A stretch of DNA of 62,017 bases, the filler included, from Choristocarpus tenellus KU-1152 (taxonomy: Eukaryota > Protista > Phaeophyceae): the NCBI GenBank assembly GCA_964200185.2. It is 10 parts of 10 records of this genome, joined end to end, with 100 filler letters (N's around TTAATTAATTAA, not from the genome) between each part and the next. Parts side by side here need not be neighbours in the genome. Positions count along the whole stretch, not along the records: positions 10,989 to 16,570 come from CAXNAD020010351.1; positions 16,671 to 20,682 come from CAXNAD020016677.1; positions 20,783 to 32,376 come from CAXNAD020002230.1; 7 more parts are not named here. One strand, given 5' to 3'. The notes beneath the pieces are model-generated. The model did not search any database. It was given only the letters and a program-made list of their open reading frames with translations, and was not told the origin of the DNA. This document shows, one piece after another, positions 13,151 through 27,571 of this stretch; position 1 is the first letter of the stretch; each line of letters starts with the position of its first letter. Both the position numbers and the translations under genes were made by a program.

Positions 13151-15116
13151 CCTGACACAGATTGTATCAGTTACTGCTTGACTGGCGATCTCTAGACCAG
13201 TGCTACGCTTCAAACTAGATACCCCAGGTTGACAGATTTGTGGGATTCTTCCTTACTTATCGTCTGCCTTCATATAGTCTCAGGTTAATATTTTTTAAAT
13301 TGTTTTATTACTTATTCTTTTACATGCATCCCAGCTTCGGTTGGTTGAATGATATATAGCATTCCTCTCCTGATGTTCCCTTTGTTGTATTTTTCGCACA
13401 ATATTTTTCCTTTTCAGTCTCTATTGTGTTGTTAAGTTTTGTTGCCTTCTTTCCTTGATATATATATTTTTCTACATCACAATCCTTCTAACATATGAGT
13501 TGGCATAATAATATGTTCACAATCAAATATCAATATGTGTAATATATATATTAACTGTCTAATTCAGTTATATTTTATCACACTTCTTATATTCTATTTA
13601 TTACTCCACCTACTACTCTATGTAACTACTCATCAGACTACAACAAGTACCTCCATAGCTTCCGTTCGTGCCTTCCTCCTCGCATATTGGATTCAGTAAT
13701 CCCACCATTCGTCAACCCGCCTCCTTCCACAAATTCTGCATTGGACCCGCCTCGACACCACTCGACAACAAAGCCTTACCACCTCGTTCTTCGTCTACAG
13801 ATTTTGCGGGATAGGCACAGATCCTACAGGCACACATGTTACGTACGTTTACTTTGATAGTCAAGTTTGGGTACGCAAGCAGGTATGGACCCCCCCTAAC
13901 ATAGCCAACCCCTTCTACCTGAGCACAGCTCACCCCTGCCGCCCAGGCACAGTCCTGTGCATTTCCACCTGGTGCTGCTGGAGTACCATGGCTACTAGCT
14001 GGTGGCACAGCCCCTCGTGTACCTTATTTTTTGGTGCTGCTTGATGAGCACTGTGTTTATATAGTGGCAGTTGTTCTCTTTCACCCCTTTCCTCCCAGCA
14101 TAGTCCTAGTGGACTTACCAGGCACACATCCCTTGCGCAGAACACACAGCCCCCCCGATTTACCTTTCCTGGTGGTGCTGCTGGAGCACTGTGGCAGCTA
14201 CCTGATGCATCGTTTTCTCCTATTTTCCACACAGAAGAACCCCCACTGGATCTACAGAGGCATATACCCCTGCTGTTCCGTTAATCCTGAATCTGCTGAG
14301 GCATAATGCAGCTGATACTTGACGAAGGTTCCCCTCCACTTTCCTCTAGCGAAGCCCCCCGCCCTGTCACCCATACACAGCAATATATCCTACAGTACCT
14401 CATCCAGACTACAGAATTTCGTATGTAGCCAATCATGATTGTTGCAAGTGAGATACAAGAGCACTTAACGGTCTTATCACCCAACAGCAATTGTTGCAAT
14501 ACATTCGTCTGAGCACATGCAATTCTTCTTGATGGATGGAATACTGGAGATAATTCATAACAAAATTATTGTGACTTATATAGATGGATCAAGCCTACAA
14601 GAGAGTACTGTAAGGGAAACTCAGGTAAGGCAAAAAGAGCATAATCATCATGTGTTAATCTGAGTCACAGCGACACCAATGTAGGGCAGACTGCATTCTT
14701 ATCTTGGTCGCTCTGGTTGCGTTGACTAGAGTGTGTATTCTGCACTTCCTGTCGTCAATGTTCTTCAAACTTCGGAAGGTTCAATGAAGGGACAGGTCCT
14801 CACCCCTGTGCCCATATAGACCTTAAACACCCTCACATTCTCTATTGGAATGACAGGAAGAAATTTGGTAAACTAGTTTTGTATGGATGATTGCCTACAA
14901 ATCTCACTTTCTGGTTCCTTGAGAGGGGCCTCAACACGCTAGGAACAACCATCTTCAAACAAAGATGCAAAGAGCGCCATAGACTTCTAAAGAATACCCG
15001 TTGCTAAGGGTGCTTATCGCAAACCGAGCCAACTATTTCCCTGTGGGATACTCTACTGCCCTGTGTGTCACACTGGGTACAAGGCGAGCCAAGTACCCCT
15101 AAATAATGCCTACGCA

Positions 15117-15242
15117 AGGGTATCAATATTGAAAGGAATGAAGCGATAATGCAGCTCACTGTTGTGCAGGTTAGGGCCTACGTCAGGGTATCAACATAAA
15201 AAAAATAAAGCGATAATGCAGCTCACTGTTGTGCAATTTAGG
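15117..15242. repeat. ~67-bp direct tandem duplication
   Basis: AGGGTATCAA...AAGCGATAATGCAGCTCACTGTTGTGCA twice. Confidence 0.85.
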
Positions 15243-16670
15243 CCGCGATGATAACCCAAGTCACCCAGTCACCTGGCCAGATCCATTTCGTTTTGGGGTC
15301 CCAATAATCATGCGTATCTAAGACGCGCGCAAAACACGCAAAAAGTCCTTCATCCCACCCCCCCAGAGTGGTCAGTTGCGTAATTAAACGTCTACTTCAA
15401 GCCGCAATTACTGGATGAGGTAGTATGAGAATGGAAACTTGTTGTTTGTAGCGCCATTAGACATGTTTGAAGTGAGACAATGAGTGAGTGCAACACAACT
15501 ACCAGCACGAGGGCCCACCCATGAAATATATATTTGTATCATACACTCCACGTACTTACACCTCTCTCCCTGTCCTGGAAAGGTGTGCTTAAATCGGTTT
15601 CTGCCCTCTATATGGGAATATTCCTTATTGGCACATGCATTTCTTACTTTGTAGTAATATAATACTATAGAGTAGTTCTTTTTTTCTTAACTTCAGGAAG
15701 ACTATGTCGACCTGTGGTCAGAGGTACAACGCACTGGAGTACTTCACATACCACCTACTGAATGACTTAACTGTTGCACAACGGCTGTGACAATTAACTA
15801 GCGGGTGTATCGCCACCCACGCTCTAACCAGCTTGAGCGGTGAGTACGTACAAAGATGATCCCGAGTTGGCAGCTTCAAGTTGTCATATATACATAGTAA
15901 AACCTTTAACTTAGTAATAGATTGACATTATTCTGATACATACATGACATACGATATTAATGACTTCTCAGATTACAATGGTAGAGCTCCTACTCCGAGA
16001 TGTGACCTGAGTTCAGTCACACATCAACCTTGAAGAGTTAATAATATTTGTCAAAACTACAGTCTGAAGGCCAAACCTCATTTCCTTCAATTGTCAGACA
16101 TCTACCCATAACGAGGCGCCATCTCCAAGGCTCACCATCAACTCACAAGCTTGAGACTTGGAGCTACATATCCCATCAAGGTAAGCTGCTGTGGGCGCAT
16201 AAAAAATGCAACTAATTGCACATTGGCTCTGTTCGTGCACTGTTTCTCGCATTTTGTGTTCAATGATCCCACTTCTCGTCGCACTTCCTCCACAAAATCT
16301 TATAGTAGTGGTGGAATTGACTTAACGTCGCTCCACAACACAATCTTGTCGCCACGTTCCTTGTCCACTTCTAATGGAAGAAATATGCGTAGTACCGTGT
16401 ATAATGTGTTGCCCTTATGAAATGAAACAGAGCGTTGTTCGTGAACAAATAAATATACCTCCACGCCAGATCCCTACATCCCATCCCGTGCCCCACCTGT
16501 CGTACCCCTGCCAGCCCTGAACACTACTACGCTGCCATGGAGGGGAGTGTGGGAAGCGAAGCAGTGCTGGNNNNNNNNNNNNNNNNNNNNNNNNNNNNNN
16601 NNNNNNNNNNNNNNTTAATTAATTAANNNNNNNNNNNNNNNNNNNNNNNNNNNNNNNNNNNNNNNNNNNN

Positions 16671-18965
16671 CCTCGATTATCAGGTTCCGTGTGACAGTCT
16701 TGCAGGGCTGACAGTATTCCTGAGAGTGTGGCATCAGCTGTTTCCTTAAGTAACATCTGTGCTACACCTAGACTCAATTCATCATGTGGGGAAGGAGTAC
16801 ACCCTAGTTCTGAATCTACTAACGCATAGAGAGAGCAAGGGGACAGTGTGGGGTGCCCTGGGCTCAGGTCTGATGTACCTAAATCTTGCAAACACAAACC
16901 ATCTAAGACAGGTCCTCATGGTCCAGCGTAGTTCTTGCTACAGGCTACTGATGGATCATTAGGAAAAGAATCGTTGATATCCAAACCTTGATCTGAGGAT
17001 GAGGAAAGTCGTGACAGTCCATCTGGTAGTTGGCGCTTCGAACCGGCTCGCCACTTAAGTTCCATATCGTGGTCCATAAGACGGAGGGCCCTCCTGTGGA
17101 GCTTGGGGCTAAGTTCACGACTATTGAAGAGCCAAGTCAGTGCGGAGCAGTCAGTGAATAAGGTTAATTCCCTACCCCAATTGTAGGAGCGGAAGTGTTC
17201 TACAGCCCACAAGATAGCCATGCATTCCCTTTCAGTGGGTGCTCTCCTACTGTCTGATTTAGACCACCTATGGCTAGCATAAGCTATGACATGCTCTTGG
17301 TCATCATCCTGTACCTGGGTCAGTGTTGCTTCTGCCCCTTCCTCACTAGCATCTGTATGGAGAAGGAACTTCTTATCCCAGTCAGGAAAGACTAGGATTG
17401 GTGGAGAGACCAGACGCACCTTAAGTTCTTCAAAGGCTTTCTGCTCCTCTGGTCCCCAAGGAATACTCTTCTTCCTGTCTCTTTTGGAAGCATACCCTTT
17501 GTTTCGGAGGATGTTCATCAGAGGTGCAGCTACTTGGCCGTAGTTCGGAACAAACTGACGCATGTATTCTGTCATGCCTAGGAAACTTCTTAACTGCTCA
17601 ACTGTAGATGGGGGATCAAGTTTTGCTACCGCTATCATTTTTGATGGAGCAGGACTCAAGCTGTCTCTACCTACCTTCATTCCTACAAATTCTTGTGAGG
17701 GCATGCACCACGAGGATTTGGGAAAGTTCACAGACAGGCCGTATTGCTTGAGTCTGGTAAGAAGGAGGCGAAGTTTGGTCATGTGTTCATCAAATGATGA
17801 GCTATTGCAAAAAGATCGTCTAGCCAGTTTTCCACACCGTTTCCTTTGAGATCTCCTAATGCCTCTCTCATGTAGCTAGAGAATACTGCAGGTAGGATTT
17901 TCAACCCAAAGCCACACTTGTTATATTCCAAAGTTTTCCATGAGCGTCACGAAAGGCTGTCTTATGTTTGTCTACCTCTGTAATTTCTAGTTGAAAGAAT
18001 CCTGATGCTAAATCTATGGCAGTAAAATAGCTAGAACCCTTAAGCTTATCAAAAATGCTGGTGATGTTTCCAAGACCTCCACTATCACTTCGCGAGAGGT
18101 CATTAAGCATCCTATAGTCTGTGCACAACCTCAGGGTCCCATCTTTCTTACGTACTGCTACTACTGCTGTGCCCATGATGAGTTAGAGGGTCTGATAATA
18201 CCACGTTCCTGTAACTGCTTAACCTCGGCTTGAATCATATGCGTTTCTTCAGGGGAAAAGAGCCTTTGTTTCGTTGCATAGGGTGTACAGTTCTCGTCTA
18301 ATAGTGGTACATGTAATACTCCTCTAGAGCATGGGGGAACTCGTTTGGGATCTTCAGGGAATACCCCTAAATTTCTAAATTCTTCCAACAATTCCACCAA
18401 CTATTTCTTCTGCCCTAGTGTCAGCTGTCCCATAATGGCATCACTGAGGCTCACCGATTGATGTCGGATTACCTTGGCTTCACCTGAATGGGTGTCTTCT
18501 TCTTATGCTACCGGGCAATCACCAGTCTCGTCTACTTCTGGGGAATGCCTTGTCTGAAAACCAGTCTTGGCAAGCAGAACCTGTGCTTTTTGAGCATTTT
18601 GGGGGGAATGGGCTAGTGATTGAAAGAGTGCAACCACCCTCTCTATGTCCTTAGTATTCAGAGCAATCGCCTTTGCCACCGGTAGCCCTGCCTGGACACT
18701 ACTGGGCTTGCTGCACGTATTTACTAGCTTGCAATAAATAGGGGTTCCTGGGTTCCACCATTGTACACCTCTGGCAACTCCAACAACATTCCCTAATTCC
18801 AGGTTATACTCTGCTAAGGGCTCAATCATCACCAACTGTCTGGACTGTGGTTGTTCCCCCTTGACAAATCCTTTGCAGACTTTACTGACAAACCCTTCTA
18901 CATGTTCTTCTTCTGACAAACGCAATTCCCATTGCAGAGTCCCATCATCTTGTCGAATAACCTAG
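16671..18965 (-). mobile_element. Degraded Ty3/gypsy LTR retrotransposon pol (RT + RNase H)
   Basis: PSNSSWA, RKKDGTLRLCTDYR, IDLASGFFQ, KTAF, LRSFLG, FLLHTDAS, IAYAS, TERECMAILWAVEHFR, FTDCSAL, PDGLSR; several stops and frameshifts. Confidence 0.95.
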
Positions 18966-20682
18966 TGTTATCCTTACGTTGTTTGTGCTGACACAAGTAT
19001 ACAACGTAGGTTATACGTACGTTTATATTTGGTTAGGTATGATACAGAGTACGTACGTATATAAAATATAATAAGTCAACATCATCAATCCACACATCAG
19101 TGATGATGGATGGTTGACGGGCAATTAATAATTCAGTGTGTGCTTTACCATGTAATTCAACAGCTAGCTTCCGGCGACGAGCCTCATGTGCGCCAAGCTT
19201 CTCAACACGCTTAAGCGCTTAATCCAAACTCTGGCCAGGGGAGGCACAGCCGGACTGGTTTGTTTTGAATTGGCATAGCATCACTCATGGCTTCTGACGG
19301 GACCAACACCAAACTCCTCCAGCTCTCTGACAACAATTACGCGGACTGGTTCGCTACAACGCGCGCATTTTTGGGGGCTAAGGGGGACATTGATGAGGCA
19401 CTGGAGTATAGAAGGATACCCATCAGAGTTGGTGACATCGAATTCATCAAGGGCGAAGTTATCAGTGAATAAGAAGTCACCAAGGCCAAGAAGGCGTATG
19501 ATGTCCTGCTNNNNNNNNNNGCAACAACTACGAGAACACTTCCTCTTTCAATCAGATGGGGAAATAGCCAGACTCCAAAGGAAGGTCATGACGGTCAGGA
19601 TGCCAAGGGGATCTGATCCCCAAATCACCTTCACTATGATATTGGACTGGGTTGGCCAGATGGCGATGATGGGGCATGTGATGTCCGAACAAGTCCTGGA
19701 AATCGCCATGCTGGATTGTTTGGATGAGCACTATCAGATAACCAAACAAAAGGGATTAGAATAGGAGACTCTGTCCCAAAATCCACCACTGCACGAGCTA
19801 GAGGGCCCTCTACCCGCATTTTTATTGACCTCACAGGACCGAAGAAAGTTAAATCATTCAGTGGGGCTGAGTACGCCCTGGCAATTGTCGATGATGCGCT
19901 CGATTCACCTGGATACGCCTACTCCAGAAGAAAATCTGTGCAGCAAAAGCTCTTAGGCGATGGTTTCGAGCTGAGGTACTCCCCAGTGGGCGACGCATCC
20001 AATATATTCGCCATGACCCTGGGGGTGAGTGTCAGAGTGAGGAATTTAAGGATTTGGTTATGGAAATAGGTGTGGTACAGGAAATAACCAGGACAGGGGA
20101 ACCTCAGTATAATGGTGTGGCCAGCATTTATTCTGCAGGATTGGAGGACAAAATGTATCTGTGGGGAGAAGCTTACAACCATTCAGCCTTCATCCTCAAC
20201 AGAAGTGCAACTGTTGCAAATAAGGGAATTTCCCCTTACAGAGCTTTGTATGGGGAAATTGGATCCCTCATGAACATCCCAGCTTTTGGTACCCCTGGAT
20301 ACTACAAGTCTCACCCTGGACATAAGCTCGGGAGTCGTGGACAACAATGCATCATGATTGGTATATCTGAAAACCAACCCCGTGGCACTTTCCGCGTCCT
20401 GGACATCACTACAAATCGTGTCATTCAACGTGCCAACATACATTGGCACCAAACAAAGGATGGCAGAGTTCGTTTTCCAACTTCTGATTTCGACCGGGAT
20501 AATGAAGACTTGGATGACGATCCTGGATACATCCTTGCTCCCCATGCACGACGAAGGGCTACTGACAATTTGGACGACACTCCTGGATAAATCCTCCCTC
20601 CACATGCTAAAAAACAGACTAGAGAAATCCAGGAGATGGGGGGTGAATGTGATGATAATGGGATCACCTGGATTGAAGGTGG
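18966..20682 (+). mobile_element. Ty1/copia LTR retrotransposon 5' part (LTR, gag, integrase), internally deleted
   Basis: Putative LTR TGTT...AACA 18966-19162; gag start LSDNNYADW; integrase IFIDLTGP, AIVDD, EPQYNGVA, LWGEA...NR, SPY, FG, KLGSRGQQCIMIG. Protease and zinc knuckle not seen. Confidence 0.9.
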
Positions 20683-22791
20683 NNNNNNNNNNNNNNNNNN
20701 NNNNNNNNNNNNNNNNNNNNNNNNNNTTAATTAATTAANNNNNNNNNNNNNNNNNNNNNNNNNNNNNNNNNNNNNNNNNNNNAACCAAAAAAAACAAAAG
20801 AAATTAGGAAAGAACCCCCCCTCCCCCAGATACTTTGACCCAATGTATGCGCAGGTTTGTACTCTATCGGTGTGATGAAGTATGGATGTAACAATTGCAT
20901 TGACCGATGGTACCCTGACATGTGACACGTTCGCCCTGGCAAATACCGTATTTTTCTCACCCTGGTGTACACTGCTACCTTAGGATTTCTAGGTCACTAT
21001 CTGATTTCTTACAATGCGAACCAGTGTACCCCCCCACTCCAAGAAAATATGCCGGATGCTTTGAGCCGAAGTACACAAGAGGTACCCAGTTTTAGGGCGT
21101 TTTGCATTATAACCCAGTTTTTCAATCTTTTGCAATTCATCCATATTTCAATAGATGTGGTGCCAAGTATGACTTGAGTTAGTTGATTTCTCTACTATCT
21201 GGAAGATTCGACACGATTCGGAAAATACCCTATAGGCATTTGTAAAAAAGTCGAATTTCGCACATATTTGCTGGCATCCTTAAAATGCAAACCCGATTAC
21301 CTCTCGTTTACTTTGACTTTTTTTTGCAGGTTTACAACATTTTGTAGGCTGGCACCGATCATCTGCTTAGAGAGATCAAGACATCTCTTCCCCTTTTTGT
21401 GGTGCCTTGACGTGTGAGCACATGGAAATAGTGAAGATTAGAAATACCGGAAGCTTCAAAATCTCCGTTTTCCTTGTCTTCTCAGTCAAGATATCCTTTC
21501 AGTCCTATGTCTGATGCCATCCATCTTCAATGATGCAATGGTGCAATTGCTGAAATATCAGAATGCTGCCCTGCAGATCTTGTCACCCACAGTTTTATAT
21601 TGGATTAATCGTAGATATGGAAGAATGTGGGAAGGTGATTTATTTATGCTCATGTCCTGATTGTAGGTATTGATCACCTGTCCTAGTGGTGCTAATAATG
21701 GCAACAAGATAGCGGTGGTCTTAGTATTGGATAGAAACACGCAGCTAATTTAGTAGAAGAATTTTTTACCATGTTACATCGCATGTATCGTCTTTGACTG
21801 GAAGGGAGATGAATTGAGGCAAATGTTAATCCTTGCACAAGCAAGAGAAAATTGGCTGACTTCAAGATGGTTGAGGTCAGCAAGGGATCCATGTTGACCT
21901 TCGGCAGCAGCAGCGGCAGCAGCAACAGCAGTACAGTGTATTCGCCACATAGAAGTTGAAGAACGGCTATTAGATTAACGAAGTCAAGGATGTATATCAT
22001 ATTTGTCAGAAGCTGTTCTCCTTTTGTAACCAGCAACTGATAAATCTCACATGGGTGGAATGAATGACTGGGTTCCTGTGAAATTGTACTCTGTCTAACA
22101 CGCAGGTGCACGTTTATTGTACCATGTCCAACACAAAAAGGAAAGGTGTCATGAAGGGGAAAACCTGATTTGACAAGCACTTATTTGATATTGGCCTTGT
22201 GAGCAGAGTTTGATTATCATCATTGGCATTTCAAGAAGTAGGTAATGAATTATTTCTCTGTCCAGAGGGTAATGCCAGGATTGACATTAACAGATGAACT
22301 ATATTTCAAGACTCCACATCCTTGATACCTCCTCCCATACATTCTTCTGCCGTCATTGAGCATGTTGTTTTTTATAATCTAGACTCTTAATAAACCAGTT
22401 TTTTTAACACACAGGTTTATGAATCTCGAGTATTTTCACACTGCGCACCTGGTTACTGTAGGCCATGAGAATAAACCAACCACTTCGAATTGCATCAACT
22501 ACATCAGGCGAAAATAGTCCCAGTAAGCAATGAAAGAGCTGCCATTTGCATTGCCCTGCCTCCTACAGAGACCTCAACACTCTTGAGCCTTCGAAATGCA
22601 ATACGGAGCACACCACTGCGAAGCAGAAGAGCACAGGTGTGGCTTGGCCCCCTCGAGAACAGCCAGAGTAGTAGCATCATACTTGGAACATAGTCCACAT
22701 GTACCTCAGCCAGCATAAGGAGAGCCATTTGCAGAATTGCTTGAACCTTGCATGGACCGGGAAAGTGTTGTAGGCACAAAGGTCAAGAAAG

Positions 22792-22973
22792 TGCTCAAAT
22801 TGTCTGGGGGGGGGTGGCGGCTGTCCATTTGGGGTCAATTTCTTCATATCGCGATTTTTATGTGATTTGGTTGCGTACGTCAGATGGATAATGTATTTGC
22901 ACTTTTCCCGATTTTGGTTCAAATGGACACCCTGGTGTAGACCCCCCCCCTCCCTCCCCAGATACTTTGGGTC
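22792..22973 (-). mobile_element. MITE family B copy with AAAG TSD
   Basis: Reverse complement of 11562-11736, AAAG on both flanks. Further family B ends at ~4187-4223, 10869-10888, 20815-20841, 39040-39140, 59302-59320. Confidence 0.85.
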
Positions 22974-23260
22974 AAAGGGGCAAAGAACAGTTCCATGCGA
23001 TTTATTTGACTTGCCTCAAATGTACTATCCCAACGATAGAGAGAGCTTTCCAGGGTACAAGGATGATTCGCTCTCTCTCACCCTCAAAAAAGTGACTCTA
23101 AGAACAAAACCACCTACTGGATTGCATCGAAGTATTCATAGCATTCTCTACGTCTATGCATAGAGAGTAGGCACATTATTCCTTGTTTCTGGTTAGAGTG
23201 TCACCCCAGCTAGCTAGAATGCTGCTCCTCTATAGCAGTACAGATTTTAAGCACACTGTA

Positions 23261-23517
23261 GGGTGAAAGTATCTCAGAGGGTACGAGTTATGCCATAAAT
23301 GTCCATTTGCGGCTTGGCTTCCCACGATTTTTTCGTAACATTTTCCTACCTCAAAATGTTTCGGTGTAGGTAAAATGTGTATGATATTAAAAAGTGTGTC
23401 CAGAATAAATATATTGACACTTCTTAACAAACACGATAGCCAAAATTACATCAAAATCACAGCATCGGATTTTGGCCCCCGAATGGACGCAGCTCTAACC
23501 TCTCAGGTACTTTAATC
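23261..23517 (+). mobile_element. MITE family A copy
   Basis: Full-length similarity including both TIRs. Confidence 0.88.
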
Positions 23518-26381
23518 TGGCCTCTATCTCTGTTCACGGTTTGGTTGGGGCAAATGACACTACCCACAAACTCCCACCGCTAGAAGAAAGACTTGAGACG
23601 GCAGGGAGTATAACAAGAGCACGAAAGACCATAAAATGGATACCAAGCACAGCACATGTGACTCTTAGTATGTTACAGCAAAACCTGCCAATCTGTGGCC
23701 TGACTTGGTCAACTTTGTCTCTCCGGTGCGTCACCTAGAAAAAAAAAGAACTTGGAGGGTGACACACGGATCAAGTCTTGTGTTCAAAGAACAATACAAT
23801 AAGGTAACACTGGCTTGTGATAATATGCCCACAATTTATAGCTGGAAGCGTGGATAAGGAGAAATGACAAAACATCTCATTGAGACAGCCTAAACTGTTT
23901 TGTGTTCACTGCACAATGTCCTCTTGAGTTGCCTCAGCAGCAAGCTTTAAAAAAAAGCGATTATTTGCTGGATCAAGACAGTTTCGAAAGGCTTTGGAAA
24001 GTTGACGATACTCAAGAAGTGCAGTCCACATGGTGTATGTTTGATTGCTGCACAAACGCGTATGTTCTGTGGGCTTCGATCAACTGTCGACGAGCTATGT
24101 ATATCAGAGAAATGGATATACTTTCTGTCAAAAATTGTCATTGGTTCAAATTCTCTCGATGGACTATTGACAAGAATTAAAGCGGAACGATTCAAACATC
24201 CTCAGTGTTCAACCCCATTAAATACAGAAATCAAGTAGAGTTAAAAGGGAGAATATATGAAGGCTGGAAGAAAGCGCTATCGTTAACCTTGTCTGCTAGG
24301 TGTGTGTATAAGTTGTATATTCTTCAAAGCACATCAAAAGATACTTGGATGTCGATCTCCCTATCGTATATGAACAGACAGATCTAACAGATAGGTGGCA
24401 CACCAATAATGTAGAACGCTCTCGTCAACACAAATGGTTATCCTATGCACGGTTGGACCAGAGCAAAGCGGGAGCGATTCCTTGAGGTATAGCAACATCC
24501 TTGGGCTCCCCACTGCATAGGCAGTGTTGCAGTTGTTTCAGATTTCATTTTGTTCCAGTAAACCGTTTTCTGCTTATGTTGTGAGTGCCAGTACAACCGT
24601 TAGCATTGAGTGACGGTTTTATGTACTCAGTATATCAGGATTAATGTCCTAGTAGTATTATGAGCTAGATAGGGCCATCGTTATATCATTAAGCGCATAA
24701 AATGAGTGGCAATGATGGTGGGCAATGACTAATATGACACTGTTGCAAGTTGTGTTGTGGCTTACTTATGATACACCAAGTATACCGACATATCGAAGTT
24801 CCCCCTATCCCGTGTACCATATTTAGTAATATTGTGCAAGGGGTCCCACTCTAGGGAAGGGCAAAGTGGAACGACGTTTGCGTTTCTCGGATTTTTGTTG
24901 ACCCACGACTCCTGTACACCTCAAAAAAATCGCTGTCCCTGGCTGACAGGTTAGCTGACTGTTTGCGTCTTTCATCGAGCTAGTAGTGTGCTTTGTACGC
25001 TCCGCTGAACCGTCCATGCAATGTAGGGCAGACAATGAGTTATGTCCTTGGTTGATGCTACAACATTTGTTGTTACGTCATTCACCATTGATCTGTGCGT
25101 AAGCACGCTCCTGCTCCACAATTGTACCAATGACAGTGCAGGTAAGATGGTTGTGCTGTGACCTTCTCAATTTATGACGTTGCATAATATGCTAGTGATT
25201 TATGTGAGTCCTTGCCAATAAATAGCCAGGCTTCTACGAATAATTATGGTATCATTTCTCGATGCAACCAGCATCCTCCCCCAAACGTGAAATGGTATTG
25301 CTACTTCCGTTCCCTCTGCTATCCCGTGCATTATCTAAAGCAGACCTACAGCGACCAGGAGGAGGTGTTGTAGATCTCTCGCACGGAGAAAGTGTGAATG
25401 TCAACATACAGAGAAACACGAAAACTAAGAGGTCTACTCATATCACTCCCCACAAGAACAACCGCCACTTTGGCAACATAGAGAGGAGAAACATTGATAC
25501 TTTCATCCCCTCGTCTGATACAACACGAGATTGCATCCCAAACCACTCCTTGTTGACTACAACTTGAGGTCTACCCACGTTGAACAAACGACTGCCCAAT
25601 TGTACCTAGAAGCAGATATGTATCACAAGTGATACGCTTCTGTTCACACATCATGTAGAACATCAAAGTATGTGCTCATGAAGCATTGATGTGGTGCCAA
25701 TACAGAGTAGTCATCCCAGAAGCACTCCCACCACAAACCATGAATAGCATATTAAATGTGGAGAGGAGCATAACATTTACCACATGAAATTATCACCCAT
25801 CAATTACCTCTTCAAGAAGGTGTACGTGAGAGTCCTCTGCTTATCAATGTGCCCACCATGTGATCCTCCTTTCAAGTGGATATCCTTCTGCTTTCGACCT
25901 TGTAGTAGGTTTCCATGGCCTAAGCGACCCTCCTTTTAGGGCACAGCAAATCATACCCATGTGCCATTTATAGGTGCAGCACACTTGCCCTTAACACTTA
26001 GTGAGTAGTCTTTTGCGCTAATTGTTGTGCTACTGCCTTTTTATCTTGGCTACCTGTACTGGAAACTCTGTATCTTTAAAACTTGTGCTGCTGTAGCGAT
26101 CATGAAATATTCCAAGTGATTAGAACTGTAAGGCTAACATGGGAGGAGCACGTATTTCATAGTGATGTACACGAACAAGTCAACACATAAAATATATAGC
26201 TCATATCTTGGCACAGAGAATAATGTTCTACTTCAGCGTCTTTTGACGTTCCATCCGCTGGGTATTCCTTTGTGGTGCTTAAGACCAGCGTAAAGGTATG
26301 CAATGAGGAGGTCTTCGACATTCACTCCTTGCTGTGTAAAGACCTGCAAGTATTGTTGATGAACATGACTTATGCCGTAGA

Positions 26382-26640
26382 GAGCCAAAGTATCTTAGAG
26401 GGTACAGCCACGTCCATTTGGAGGCCAAAATCCATTTTTTCGATTTCGATGTAATTTTGACTATCTTGTTTCTTGGGAAGTGTCAATATTCTTGTTCTGG
26501 AGACCCCTTTTCATGACATACACATTTTACCTACTGCACAAACATTTTGGAGTAGGAAAATGCCATAAAATGCCCATGGGAAGCCAAGCCCCAAATTGAC
26601 AAACAGGGCAAAACTCGTACCCTCTAAGATACTTTCACAC
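26382..26640 (-). mobile_element. MITE family A copy inserted in an older repeat
   Basis: Both TIRs present; AGA or AGAG duplication; paralogous empty site near 27975-27990. Confidence 0.9.
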
Positions 26641-26922
26641 AGAGCAGCAGACCGACAAGGCAGTCATCACTCATTGCGCAACAAGGGGTGTTTCTCTATG
26701 GAAGCTTCGCTTATAGGAAAGGGGGGCAGGTAGAGAGGAATGATCTGTGTATCAAACTGTTGAGATACCTTGTACATACTTCTTGCGATCCTGATGCCTG
26801 GTCCAGGAAAGACAATATTATCTGGCTTTGGGAAAAGTTTGTGTGTGGTGCCCGTATTGGCAGAAAAGAATGGGTAGTGAGCAACAATGTGTCCATATCC
26901 AAGAATGTAGTTGTAGGTGGTA

Positions 26923-27571
26923 AGGGGTCACTTCGTATATAAATATTTTCCAATTTTTGGCGAAATTGAGGTACATGAGCTTCGGAAAAATAATAGATGT
27001 GGTTGGAAACTTTTCTACTCAGTATTTATACAAATGGCGAAACCTAGAGGACTCTCCATATACCAAGTATATATAATATGTATCTACATTGAAGTAGTAC
27101 TTTCACCAAAGAAATGTTTTCCTCTAAATTTGCAACCAGTTAGGGCAAAACTATCATATCTTCTAGAGAAGACCATCAACTCATACATGCAAGAATCTAG
27201 AACTACATCATAGGAGCCTAACATACTTGAGCTAAGAGTTCGGCATACATGACCACATCGACAGTACTAACGGAAGGATCAACATGAAAACAAGTGTTTG
27301 ACCTACAAATAATATATCGATGCTATCGCTGCCTAACCTATGATTTCACCACCGAACAACATGATACATATTGATTAGTAGTAATGAGGCGAAACATGAG
27401 GCAAAGAATAACAATAACATTACTCCGGACTAATGTAAAAATAGCATCCATCTACAGTCCTATGGTTTCGTCCTAATCGAAAAATTCCAACTTCCCATAA
27501 TATTTTTCTGAAGTTCATGTACCATATGCTTCGGCAAAAAATGGAGTAGTCAGATGCATCAAGTGACCCCC
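26923..27571. mobile_element. Non-autonomous DNA transposon (~650 bp) with ~90-bp imperfect TIRs
   Basis: TA|AGGGGTCACTT...GGTACATGAGCTTCGGAAAAATA mirrored by TATTTTTCTGAAGTTCATGTACC...AAGTGACCCCC|TA; AT-rich non-coding interior. Confidence 0.7.

Noticed and set aside
16150-16420. LYTVLRIFLP..DKERG on the minus strand resembling the DNA ligase IV N-terminus
   Set aside because: Similarity is short, the expected downstream motif is missing and an in-frame stop follows.
24820-25200. Possible hAT dimerisation motif (TVIGTIVEQERAYAQIN, minus strand)
   Set aside because: Too degenerate, with no supporting TIR or upstream domain.
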